The notes: a model not told the origin generated them from the letters alone. DNA of 64,000 nucleotides from an uncultured Lachnospiraceae bacterium (GCA_910588825.1 CAJURF010000009.1:7553-71552); one strand, 5' to 3'; positions 54,680-63,678 are shown, counted from the stretch's first letter. Numbers and translations: made by a program.

Positions 54680-55516
54680 ATGGCAAAAGAATGCGACAAC
54701 AGCAGCTGCACCAAAGAGGACTGCGCTGGCTGCAAAGAAAAGAAAGAGAATGGAATCCCCAAAGAAGAATGTAATCAGTTTTCAAAAATCCGCCGGGTAA
54801 TCGGCATTGTCAGCGGCAAGGGCGGTGTTGGAAAGTCCTTCATGGCAGCTTCCCTGGCCAACCAGCTGGCAGCAAAAGGGTACCGGGTGGGAATCATGGA
54901 CGCAGATGTGACAGGACCGTCCATCCCCAAAATGTATGGGCTGAAAGGAGCTGCCTCGGCAGACGAGAACGGCATCCGTCCCATGGTTACAGAGAATGGC
55001 ATTAAGATCATATCTGTAAATCTGCTTCTGCCCACAGAGGAAACCCCGGTGATCTGGAGAGGTCCTGTGATCGCCAACATGGTGAAACAGTTCTGGACAG
55101 ATGTAGTCTGGGAAGAAATTGATTATCTGCTGGTAGACATGCCTCCGGGAACCGGAGATGTGCCCCTTACCGTATTCCAGTCTCTGCCTATAGATGGAGT
55201 GGTTATCGTTACTTCACCCCAGGATCTGGTGCGTATGATCGTTAAGAAAGCCTACAATATGGCAGACATGATGCACGTGCCGGTGCTGGGCATTGTAGAA
55301 AACTACAGCTATGTGAAATGTCCGGACTGCAATAAAGAATTGAAAGTATTCGGCGAAAGCCATATTGACGAAATCGCCGGGGAACTGAATGTTCCTGTGT
55401 TGGGAAAAATTCCGGTAGACCCAGAATTTGCCTCTGCTGCAGACAAGGGAATCTTCCACACTGTGCAGAATGAGTATCTGACAGACGGCGTGAGAGTGAT
55501 GCCGGAGATTTCATAA
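54680..55516 (+). CDS. Mrp/NBP35/ApbC family P-loop ATPase (Fe-S cluster carrier-like) with Cys-rich N-terminus
   Basis: Walker A SGKGGVGKS. CxxC (VKCPDC). N-terminal CDNSSCTKEDCAGC. Confidence 0.85.
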   Translation: MAKECDNSSCTKEDCAGCKEKKENGIPKEECNQFSKIRRVIGIVSGKGGVGKSFMAASLANQLAAKGYRVGIMDADVTGPSIPKMYGLKGAASADENGIRPMVTENGIKIISVNLLLPTEETPVIWRGPVIANMVKQFWTDVVWEEIDYLLVDMPPGTGDVPLTVFQSLPIDGVVIVTSPQDLVRMIVKKAYNMADMMHVPVLGIVENYSYVKCPDCNKELKVFGESHIDEIAGELNVPVLGKIPVDPEFASAADKGIFHTVQNEYLTDGVRVMPEIS

Positions 55517-55663
55517 TTGCGCTGTAACTGTTCCATGTCATCCGTCTCGCGGAATCATACGGCTGAATAGTTATATTGAGCCTTTATATTCAGAGAAAAG
55601 TCAATCCAGCTGACCGTTGCGGCTAAGCCGGATTGATTTTTCTCTGATGTTGTTTCAAAAAAA

Positions 55664-56317
55664 TCACTTCTCAATCACCTGCCGCATATTCCTGCGTATC
55701 AACTGATTGCAGGTGTTTTCCAGTTCTTTTCGCCTATCAGCGTTCTCCTTCATAGCGCAGTCCAGCAGCCCTTTCACAAGCAGTGGATTCGTCCAGCTGT
55801 AATAATGGGCGTCATCATCACTAATCAAGTTCATATTTGCGATTCTTCTCAGCATGATAAAATCCCGGTTTTGCATATCATCCTCAAAAAGCAGCGTATA
55901 ATAATACGCGGTATATTTTTCAGATCCAATAATTGGAAATAGCTCAAAATAATCCTGGAAAGCATTTTCGAAAATGGAATTTCCTGTGCCCCAAAACAGA
56001 CGGTAGTAGATATCCGGCCGCTGGAACGCATAGCGGTTGAAAAGTTCCCAGCCCTCAACATAAATGGTCAAAAGATCTTTGTCTGTGTCCATAAGTCTGC
56101 CATATTCCACCATATATTCATCCAGGAAGCGGATGGAAGCCACCGCGATGAGATAATCCAGGCTTTCAAAATGTTTGTATAAAGCTGCGATGGAACAGCC
56201 GTTTTCTTCTGCCAGTTTCCGCACAGAGATTTCAGAAGAATCCTGAACCAAAAGTTTATGATAAGTGGATAAGATAAATCTTTTCTTTGTCTCAATGCCT
56301 TTTGCATATACTGCCAT
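55664..56317 (-). CDS. TetR/AcrR family transcriptional regulator
   Basis: N-terminal HTH ILSTYHKLLVQDSSEISVRKLAEENGCSIAALYKHF. SD AAGGAGA 10 nt before ATG 56317. Confidence 0.7.
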   Translation of the reverse strand: MAVYAKGIETKKRFILSTYHKLLVQDSSEISVRKLAEENGCSIAALYKHFESLDYLIAVASIRFLDEYMVEYGRLMDTDKDLLTIYVEGWELFNRYAFQRPDIYYRLFWGTGNSIFENAFQDYFELFPIIGSEKYTAYYYTLLFEDDMQNRDFIMLRRIANMNLISDDDAHYYSWTNPLLVKGLLDCAMKENADRRKELENTCNQLIRRNMRQVIEK

Positions 56318-56360
56318 GGGTAAATATTCTCCTTGTAAACAAAAAACTTTTCCTTCCATA

Positions 56361-56456
56361 ATATACCCGCGAGCCAAATGATTTGCCAGCAGGCTTTCAC
56401 TGTTTCAGGCAAAACAGCAAATCATTTGGCAAATACGTATGCTCTTGAGTATAATG
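56361..56456. repeat. Copy A of a ~95-bp duplicated regulatory element: 14-bp perfect inverted repeat with divergent promoters
   Basis: GCCAAATGATTTGC (56373-56386), 30-nt spacer, GCAAATCATTTGGC (56417-56430). Plus-strand TTGGCA-18-TATAAT. Minus-strand TGGCAA-17-TATATT. About 95% identical to 60286-60379. Confidence 0.6.
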
Positions 56457-56562
56457 CATTTTCCGGGAAACATCAATACAATCTTATAAAATCTCATTGA
56501 GGGGATGGCTGTTTTCTGCTATAGTAGAGAGAGAAAATAATGACAGAGTCCGGATATAGATT

Positions 56563-57834
56563 TTGAAAGGAGTTTTCGTTATGGGACTGATAAAAGCGGC
56601 AAAAGGAGCGGCAGGGGGTGTATTGGCAGACCAGTGGAAAGAGTTTTTCTATTGCGAAGCCATGGAGAAAGAAGTGCTGGTGGTAAAGGGCAGCAGGCGT
56701 ACTTCCTCTCGTTCATCCAACAAAAAGGGCAGTGAAAATATTATCTCCAATGGCAGCGGCATTGCTGTGGCGGACGGTCAGTGTATGCTTATTGTAGAGC
56801 AGGGGGAGATTGTGGAGTTCTGTGCAGAACCGGGGGAATTTACCTATGATTCTTCTGCGGAGCCCAGTATTTTTGCGGGAAATCTGGGGGATGTGATTGA
56901 GGAGACTTTCGCGGCTATCGGCAGGCGCTTTGCCTATGGCGGGGATACAGGCAGAGATCAGCGGATTTATTACATCAATACAAAGGAGCTGGTGGACAAT
57001 AAGTTCGGCACGCCCAATCCCATTCCGTTTCGGGTGGCGGACTCCAGAATCGGACTGGATATAGATGTGTCTGTCCGCTGTTCGGGGGTGTATTCGTACC
57101 GTATTGCGGACCCGCTGACATTTTATGCCAGAGTCTGCGGCAATGTGGAGCGGGAATATACCCGGGATGAGCTGGACAGTCAGCTGAAAACAGAATTTAT
57201 CAGCGCATTGCAGCCTGCTTTCGGAAAGCTGTCGGACATGGGACTTCGCCCCAGCCAGATCGTCAGCCATAATACAGAGCTGGAGGCGGCTATGAATCAG
57301 GTGCTTTCCAGTAAATGGGGACAGCTTCGCGGGCTGGAAGTGGTCAGTATCGCCCTGGGCTCAGTGACCCTTCCGCCGGAGGATGCCCAGATGATCAAAG
57401 ATGCCCAGCAGGCGGCCATGATGCGGGACCCATCCATGGCAGCGGCGGTTCTCACTGGAGCTCAGGCGGAGGCCATGAAAGCTGCAGCTTCCAACCATGC
57501 AGGAGCCATGAACGGTTTTATGGGGATGGGAATGGCCATGAATGCCGGCGGGGGGAATGTGCAGAATCTCTTTGCCATGGGACAGCAGCAGATGCAGGGC
57601 GGGCAGGTACAGGGACAACCGCCGCAGATGCAGCAGCCACAGCAGCCGGCAGCGCAGCAGTCCGGAGGATGGACGTGCAGCTGCGGCACAGTGTGCACTG
57701 GGAATTTCTGTCCGGAATGCGGTTCACCAAGGCCCTCCGGCACAGGAGAATGGGCCTGCTCCTGCGGTGCAGTGAATAGCGGGAAATTCTGCCAGAACTG
57801 TGGAAAACCTTTTGGGGCGGGAAGTTTAAGGTAG
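56563..57834 (+). CDS. SPFH/band-7 domain protein (YdjI-like) with C-terminal low-complexity linker and two zinc ribbons
   Basis: Conserved YdjI-like N-terminus (GLIKAAKGAAGGVLADQWKEF). Q/M/G-rich linker. C-terminal CSCGTVCTGNFCPECG and CSCGAVNSGKFCQNCG. Confidence 0.65.
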   Translation: MKGVFVMGLIKAAKGAAGGVLADQWKEFFYCEAMEKEVLVVKGSRRTSSRSSNKKGSENIISNGSGIAVADGQCMLIVEQGEIVEFCAEPGEFTYDSSAEPSIFAGNLGDVIEETFAAIGRRFAYGGDTGRDQRIYYINTKELVDNKFGTPNPIPFRVADSRIGLDIDVSVRCSGVYSYRIADPLTFYARVCGNVEREYTRDELDSQLKTEFISALQPAFGKLSDMGLRPSQIVSHNTELEAAMNQVLSSKWGQLRGLEVVSIALGSVTLPPEDAQMIKDAQQAAMMRDPSMAAAVLTGAQAEAMKAAASNHAGAMNGFMGMGMAMNAGGGNVQNLFAMGQQQMQGGQVQGQPPQMQQPQQPAAQQSGGWTCSCGTVCTGNFCPECGSPRPSGTGEWACSCGAVNSGKFCQNCGKPFGAGSLR

Positions 57835-57860
57835 TGTATTCAGATATGTCAGGAGGAGGT

Positions 57861-58955
57861 ATGGAAAACCTACAGGAATATAAATGTCCGTGCTGTGGCG
57901 GCGCAGTTGTCTTTGACAGTTCTCTGCAGAAGATGAAGTGTCCATACTGCGATACAGAGTTTGAAATAGATGCCTTGAAGGAATACAGCCAGGAGGTGCA
58001 AAGCCAGCAGGCGGATGAGATGAACTGGGAGATGCCCACAGGCAGCCAGTGGAAGGAAGGGGAGGAGGAAGGACTCCGCTCTTACATATGTAAGTCCTGC
58101 GGTGGTGAGATTGTGGGCGATGAAAATATGGCGGCCGCCGCCTGTCCCTTCTGCGGCAATTCTGTGATTATCACGCAGCAATTTGCAGGGGCCCTGCGCC
58201 CGGACTGCGTAATTCCCTTTAAACTAGATAAAAAAGCGGCAAAAGAGAGGCTGGCCAGGCATTTGTCTGGAAAGCGCCTGCTTCCTAAGGTGTTCAAGGA
58301 TGAGAACCACATTGATGAGGTGAAAGGTATCTATGTGCCGTTCTGGCTGTTTGATACCAATGTCCAGGCCCATATCCGGTATAAAGCGTCCACAACCAGG
58401 GTCTGGAGTGACAGCGATTATGATTATACAGAAACCTGCTATTATTCTGTCCAGCGGGGCGGTGACATTGCCTTTGAGCTGGTTCCGGCAGACGGTTCCT
58501 CCAAGATGGCGGACGATTTGATGGAATCCATTGAACCCTTTGATTTCTCTGAAGCGGTGGATTTTGAGACTGCATATTTGGCCGGGTATCTGGCAGATAG
58601 ATATGATGTGACGGCACAGGAAAATATGGGCCGTATCAATCAGCGGGTGAAGCGTTCCACAGAGGAGGCATTTGCATCAACGGTGCACGGATACACTTCT
58701 GTGGTGCCGGAGAGCAGCAGTATAAAGCTGTACGGGGGCGAAGTTAAATATGCGCTGTACCCCGTATGGATGTTACATACAAACTGGAATGGGAACAAGT
58801 ATACCTTTGCCATGAATGGACAGACGGGAAAGTTTGTGGGAGATCTTCCGGTGGATAAAGCAGCGGCAGCGAGATGGATGCTGGGGCTGACTGTCTTATT
58901 TGGCGTGGCAGCCTATGGTGTGATGTGGCTTCTATGGCTGGCCGGAATCTTGTAG
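57861..58955 (+). CDS. Zinc-ribbon domain membrane protein (YdjG-like)
   Basis: SD CAGGAGGAGG. Two N-terminal zinc ribbons (CPCCGG...CPYCD, CKSCGG...CPFCGN). C-terminal TM helix. Confidence 0.55.
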   Translation: MENLQEYKCPCCGGAVVFDSSLQKMKCPYCDTEFEIDALKEYSQEVQSQQADEMNWEMPTGSQWKEGEEEGLRSYICKSCGGEIVGDENMAAAACPFCGNSVIITQQFAGALRPDCVIPFKLDKKAAKERLARHLSGKRLLPKVFKDENHIDEVKGIYVPFWLFDTNVQAHIRYKASTTRVWSDSDYDYTETCYYSVQRGGDIAFELVPADGSSKMADDLMESIEPFDFSEAVDFETAYLAGYLADRYDVTAQENMGRINQRVKRSTEEAFASTVHGYTSVVPESSSIKLYGGEVKYALYPVWMLHTNWNGNKYTFAMNGQTGKFVGDLPVDKAAAARWMLGLTVLFGVAAYGVMWLLWLAGIL

Positions 58956-58970
58956 GAGGGACAAAAAGAG

Positions 58971-59816
58971 ATGGTGAAAAGGTCAGAACGAATCGATTGG
59001 ATATATGTAACAATGGCGGTGATCTTTCTCTGTGTTTTCGCAATCGCTGGAATTGTCCGGGCAGAGGCGGCCTGGGCCGGGTCCGGAAGTTCTTCAGGCA
59101 GCCATCCCCGGCTTACAGATGAAGCAGGGCTTTTGACCAGTCAGGAGAGCAGCGGGCTGCTTGCCCGGCTGGATGAGGTCAGTGAAAGGCAGAAGATGGA
59201 TATTGTGATTGTAACCACAAATAGTCTGCAGGGGTCGTCTGCCATGGATTATGCAGATGACTTTTATGACAAGAATGGTTATGGATATGGTTCCGGCAAA
59301 GACGGGGTACTGCTTCTGATTTCCATGGAAGACCGGGATTGGTGGATTTCAACCTGCGGGTATGGAATCACGGCCTTCACCGATGCGGGGATTGAGTATC
59401 TGTCAGAACAGTTTTTGAAAGACCTTTCGGATGGAAATTATGAAGCTGCGTTTCAGACTTATATCAGTCAGTGCGATGAGTTTATCGCCCAGGCACGAAA
59501 GGGCAGACCTTATGACCGGTCCAATCTTCCCCACGAACCGCTGTCACAGCTCTGGATGCTGGCGGCCCTGGGGATCGGGCTGGTATCTGCCCTGATTGCT
59601 GTGGCAGTTATGAAGGGCAGATTGAAAACAGTCCGCAGCCAGGGGACAGCCGGCAGCTATGTGCGGGAAGGCAGCATGCATATCACAGACAGCCGCGAAT
59701 TCTTCCTGTACAGGAACGTCCACCGGACGGCCAGGCCCCAACAGACCAGTTCCGGAAGCAGTACCCATACCTCATCTTCCGGCGCTTCCCATGGCGGGGG
59801 CGGGGGGAAGTTTTAA
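58971..59816 (+). CDS. TPM domain (TLP18.3/Psb32/MOLO-1-like) membrane protein (YdjH-like)
   Basis: Signal/TM. TPM domain LTDEAGLLTSQESSGLLARLDEVSERQKMDIVIVTTNSL. C-terminal TM and Gly/Ser-rich tail. Confidence 0.7.
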   Translation: MVKRSERIDWIYVTMAVIFLCVFAIAGIVRAEAAWAGSGSSSGSHPRLTDEAGLLTSQESSGLLARLDEVSERQKMDIVIVTTNSLQGSSAMDYADDFYDKNGYGYGSGKDGVLLLISMEDRDWWISTCGYGITAFTDAGIEYLSEQFLKDLSDGNYEAAFQTYISQCDEFIAQARKGRPYDRSNLPHEPLSQLWMLAALGIGLVSALIAVAVMKGRLKTVRSQGTAGSYVREGSMHITDSREFFLYRNVHRTARPQQTSSGSSTHTSSSGASHGGGGGKF

Positions 59817-59844
59817 AAACTATTATGTAAACAGCCTGCGCTGT

Positions 59845-60243
59845 CTACCCCTCAATGGGTGTGCCTTCCCCCATCATCTGAATGACAACAGCCTTGGCGT
59901 CTTCCAGATGGAACATCATCAATTTATGCCCTGTCTCTTCATTGTAGATGCTTTTCAGATTGGGCATGGCATCCAAAGCAGCTTGGGCATATTTGGGGTC
60001 TGTCTCAAATACAGCCTTTCCCGTATAACGGAGCCATTCGCCGTTGGGTTTGCAGGCTGCAATTTCAGTGAGGGGATTGGCTGTCAGCTGTTTGTATACA
60101 TCTTTGAAATTGCCTACGCCGAAAATTACTTTGCCGTCCATCTGAAGATGGGCGCCCAGGGGACGCAGTTTTGGCTGGTTTTTGTCTGTGGTTGCCAGGA
60201 AAAATACGCCGGTTTCTGTTAAGAAATCATTTAGTCTGCTCAT
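59845..60243 (-). CDS. Pyridoxamine 5-prime-phosphate oxidase-like FMN-binding split-barrel protein
   Basis: 132 aa. GVFFLATTDKNQPKLRPLGAHLQMDGKVIF. SD AAAGGAG. Confidence 0.6.
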   Translation of the reverse strand: MSRLNDFLTETGVFFLATTDKNQPKLRPLGAHLQMDGKVIFGVGNFKDVYKQLTANPLTEIAACKPNGEWLRYTGKAVFETDPKYAQAALDAMPNLKSIYNEETGHKLMMFHLEDAKAVVIQMMGEGTPIEG

Positions 60244-60285
60244 ATTACATGTTGCTCCTTTCGTTTAGGTAATTGCTATGGTAAG

Positions 60286-60379
60286 ATATACCCGCGTGCC
60301 AAATGATTTGCCAGCAAGTCTTCACTGTTTCAAGCAAAACAGCAAATCATTTGGCAAATACGTATGCTCTTGAGTATAA
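60286..60379. repeat. Copy B of the duplicated regulatory element (inverted repeat + divergent promoters)
   Basis: GCCAAATGATTTGC...GCAAATCATTTGGC with TTGGCA-18-TATAAG. About 4 mismatches to copy A. Confidence 0.6.
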
Positions 60380-60651
60380 GTATACTATATTAGGAAAATT
60401 TATCAAGTAGGAAGAATAAGCTGACATGGTAAGGAAAAGTTAACCAACTGTTCCGGAAAAAGTCTTTCTATCCGGGGACGGATGTCAGTGTTCAGCTCTG
60501 CGGAGGGAGGAATGGATGCAGATAGACAGGAAGGAGCCCATACCCGGGGAAAGTCCGGGGGCAGGAGGGAAAGCCATGAAATTGCCCGCTGGAGCAGTAA
60601 GTATTTAATGTAAATGAGGCGGTAATCATGTCACTTTAGGAGGAAAAATAA

Positions 60652-61374
60652 ATGAATGAATTGACAAAGCAGATTGCGGAAAGTTTTCAGTGTAAGTATA
60701 CCATATTTGAAGAGAAGACGGCTCCGGAAGCAGTAGAGCAGGCGTACAGGAAAGCTCTGGAGGAGGGAAAGACGGCGGGGTTTTATCCGGCGGTACTGCT
60801 GCTGGATGAATACGCAGTGGAATGGCTGCAGGATGTGGTAAAGGAAGATTATGACAGAGATACCATTATTGCCGGGTGCCAGGATAATGGAAAGTGTATT
60901 CTGGATGAACGGTATGAAGAATATATGGAAGACTTCGGCATAGAGGAGATGGATGATTTTATCGGGAATGAGACACAGGGCGATGAATTGAGTCAGTTCA
61001 TTGGGTATATATCTTTCAGCGACGGACTGTTGGAAGCCGATGCACTTCTTTTGGAGATTCCAGTGAAAAATCCATGGGAAATTATCGGGTATCTTCCCAT
61101 GGGCGGCTGGAACGAGTGCCCTGCACCGGAAGAGATGATTTCTATCTGCAAGTACTGGTACGAGAAATATCAGGCGGTTCCTGCAGTGTTTACCCACGAT
61201 GTGATGGAGTTTTACGCACCCCTCAGGTTAAACGGGGTGGACAGTGTGGAAGCAGCAAAAGAGCACTATGCATTCTGTCCAGACAGGGTTGATCAGGGAA
61301 CCCGTACCTATAAATTGTCGGAATTGGCCGCTGGGCTTGAGGGGTCTCAAGTGTGGTATTTCTGGTGGGATTAG
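60652..61374 (+). CDS. Hypothetical protein (DUF4253-like)
   Basis: 240-aa acidic soluble protein. SD AGGAGGAAAAA. Confidence 0.45.
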   Translation: MNELTKQIAESFQCKYTIFEEKTAPEAVEQAYRKALEEGKTAGFYPAVLLLDEYAVEWLQDVVKEDYDRDTIIAGCQDNGKCILDERYEEYMEDFGIEEMDDFIGNETQGDELSQFIGYISFSDGLLEADALLLEIPVKNPWEIIGYLPMGGWNECPAPEEMISICKYWYEKYQAVPAVFTHDVMEFYAPLRLNGVDSVEAAKEHYAFCPDRVDQGTRTYKLSELAAGLEGSQVWYFWWD

Positions 61375-61387
61375 AGGGTGCTGGAAT

Positions 61388-62197
61388 ATGATATTTGAGA
61401 CGAAACAGACAGAAAAAGCGGCGCCGCTGTTTGACGGCTGGCAGGAAACTTTGATCTGGTCATGTCTGCAGAATGTGATGGGGATTCTTTATGTGGATTC
61501 GCTGGAGGACCCTGCCTCTGCCATGATTTTGTTGGGGGATTTCTGTTTTTTGGCCGGGCGGCCAAGCAGGGAACTTGCCGGGTATCAGCCCTGGCGGGAC
61601 AGGGAAAACCCCAACAGGAGCGGGATTATCCTGGTTCCCCAGAATGAGAAATGGGCAGCTGTGATAGAGGACTGCTATAAAGAGCAGGCGGAAAAAGTGA
61701 CCCGCTATGCTATCAAAAAAGAACCTGGTATTTTTAACAGGGCGCATCTGCAGGCGGCAGTGGATACACTGCCGGAGGGCTATACACTGAAAATGATGGA
61801 TCAGGAATTGTTCTGGCGGTGCAGGGAGCTGCAGTGGTGCAGAGACTGGGTATGGCAGTATCCGGATTATGCCCTGTATGAAAAGCATGGCCTGGGTGCC
61901 GTTGTGATGAAAGATGGGCAGCCGGTATCCGGTGCTTCCTCATATTCAGGATATCTGGAGGGAATCGAGGTAGAAATCGTAACCAGGGAGGATCACAGAA
62001 GGAAAGGGCTGGCCTATGTCTGCGGGGCAAAATTGATCCTGGAATGTATAAAGAGAGGCTGGTATCCCAGCTGGGATGCCCAGAATAAATGGTCAGCCGC
62101 GCTGGCTGAGAAGCTGGGATACCATTTTGACCACGAGTATACGGCGTATGTGGTTGGACGGGAGGCTGGACTCCCACAAACTGTGGCCCACGGTTGA
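61388..62197 (+). CDS. GNAT family N-acetyltransferase (N-terminal extension + C-terminal GNAT)
   Basis: ATG 61388 follows the upstream stop. C-terminal GNAT motif IVTREDHRRKGLAYVCGAKLI. Confidence 0.6.
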   Translation: MIFETKQTEKAAPLFDGWQETLIWSCLQNVMGILYVDSLEDPASAMILLGDFCFLAGRPSRELAGYQPWRDRENPNRSGIILVPQNEKWAAVIEDCYKEQAEKVTRYAIKKEPGIFNRAHLQAAVDTLPEGYTLKMMDQELFWRCRELQWCRDWVWQYPDYALYEKHGLGAVVMKDGQPVSGASSYSGYLEGIEVEIVTREDHRRKGLAYVCGAKLILECIKRGWYPSWDAQNKWSAALAEKLGYHFDHEYTAYVVGREAGLPQTVAHG

Positions 62198-62244
62198 CAT
62201 ATACCATTTTTTAGACGCTCCAGTATGCCAGTGAAATAATTGAG

Positions 62245-62781
62245 TTATACGAGAACCGAAATCTGTATGGCCAGACCGTCAAATATATGGACGGGGATTT
62301 CCTCATCAAAAGAGAATAGATTCGAATCCTCTTCACCTTCAAAAACATAAGTTTGAACAGCTTTTTTCATTGGGTTGACAATCCAGTATTCCCGAACACC
62401 AGCGGTGCGGTATTTGAATAGTTTCACGAAATAATCCATCCGGGTGCTGCTGGGGGAAACCACCTCGATAATCCAGTGAGGGGCGCCCTTGCATCCTTGG
62501 CTGTCAATCCTGCTTGTATCACAAATGATGGAAATATCCGGTTCTACCCAAATCTTATCATCTGCATTCAGATTAACCGCAAACGGCGAAGGGTAAACTT
62601 TACAATTACCATCTTTTGACTTAATATGGCTGTGGATGACAGCGGAAATCTCCGTAACTAATTCCTGATGGAAGGGACTGGGCGGCGCCATGGCGTACAG
62701 CTTTCCATCGATCAACTCTGCGCGCTGGCCTTCTGGTAGGTTCCAGTAATCTTCTGATGTATAAAATTGTTTTTGCGGCAA
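62245..62781 (-). CDS. Uma2 family (DUF820) restriction-endonuclease-fold protein
   Basis: AELIDGKL...PPSPFHQ...WIIEVVSPSS...YWIVNP, the hallmark Uma2 PD-(D/E)XK motifs. Confidence 0.75.
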   Translation of the reverse strand: MPQKQFYTSEDYWNLPEGQRAELIDGKLYAMAPPSPFHQELVTEISAVIHSHIKSKDGNCKVYPSPFAVNLNADDKIWVEPDISIICDTSRIDSQGCKGAPHWIIEVVSPSSTRMDYFVKLFKYRTAGVREYWIVNPMKKAVQTYVFEGEEDSNLFSFDEEIPVHIFDGLAIQISVLV

Positions 62782-62798
62782 TGCTATAGAATCACTCC

Positions 62799-63335
62799 TT
62801 ATCTGTCAAAGAATGGAGATTTGCCAGAGGCGCTCAAAGGTATGCCCACAGCCTGACAGACATCTTCCCCCAATAGCTTCAGATTCATTGCCGCCCGTCC
62901 GGCGGAAAACAAAACCCTGTTGTCTGCCCGGCGGTCAGCGGCGGTGCTTACCGCAGAACCAATGGCAATTCCCAGATCCATGGCAGTGTACGCGCACCGT
63001 CCTCCCTGTGCGGTGCATGTGCCGCAGTCCTGGAAACCGCAGAACTGGCAGGTTGTATTTAACCCCCGCACTTTATTCACACTTCCAATCAGTACGATGG
63101 CACTGGCTGCCCGGACATTTTGGGCGTCACGTTGGAAGAAGGCCATGTTTTGTTCCTGGGCAATGCGGTCCATTTCTTTTGCGAGGGCCTCTTTTTCTTC
63201 GCCCGTTAAAATGGCAGTGCAGATACAATCCATACCTTTTGCTTTAGGCGCGGTTCTTGCCGCCAGACACATGGCCTGGGCCGCGGCCAGAATGGAAGTG
63301 TCCTCTGCCTGATTTGAATGAATCATCATTTGCAA
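62799..63335 (-). CDS. Ferredoxin-domain-containing hypothetical protein (DUF2148/COG4739-like)
   Basis: Cys cluster CQFCGFQDCGTC plus additional Cys. Confidence 0.45.
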   Translation of the reverse strand: MQMMIHSNQAEDTSILAAAQAMCLAARTAPKAKGMDCICTAILTGEEKEALAKEMDRIAQEQNMAFFQRDAQNVRAASAIVLIGSVNKVRGLNTTCQFCGFQDCGTCTAQGGRCAYTAMDLGIAIGSAVSTAADRRADNRVLFSAGRAAMNLKLLGEDVCQAVGIPLSASGKSPFFDR

Positions 63336-63486
63336 TCACTCCTTTATTAAAAATAAAATATTTGAAAAACTCTCATTTTATTGTAAAGCAGGCGGTGCTT
63401 TTTTTCAAGTGTTTTGGGGGGGAGGACGGTATTGTGTTTTTATGTAATAGTATACAGATTGCGTGTAGATGTCCGAAAATCGGGTA

Positions 63487-63678
63487 CTACACAAATTCAA
63501 AATGTCCTTGACAAGGGGGACAATTTATTACGGTACACCTAAATGCCTTAAACATTGCTGGGGACAGTTCAGGGGAATCTTCATCAAATTGAATTTCCCG
63601 CTTTGCCGCCGCCCTGACTTCTTCTAACTGCTCCTGTGTAGGAACCTGGCCATCCTTAATTGTAAAAGTTTTGGTCAT
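63487..63678 (-). CDS. brnA: BrnA-like antitoxin
   Basis: 63 aa. Start overlaps the BrnT stop. MTKTFTIKDGQVPTQEQLEEVRAA... typical of BrnA. Confidence 0.55.
   Translation of the reverse strand: MTKTFTIKDGQVPTQEQLEEVRAAAKREIQFDEDSPELSPAMFKAFRCTVINCPPCQGHFEFV

Noticed and set aside
60514-60612. 32-aa Arg/Gly-rich ORF with strong SD in the leader between repeat copy B and the DUF4253 gene
   Set aside because: The composition (RQEGAHTRGKSGGRRE) suggests chance translation of a GC-rich leader. It could be a leader peptide, but there is no supporting evidence.
61244-61387. N-terminal extension of the GNAT ORF overlapping the DUF4253-like gene in another frame
   Set aside because: The extension overlaps the upstream gene in another frame. 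The first ATG after the upstream stop (61388) gives a compact, non-overlapping arrangement.
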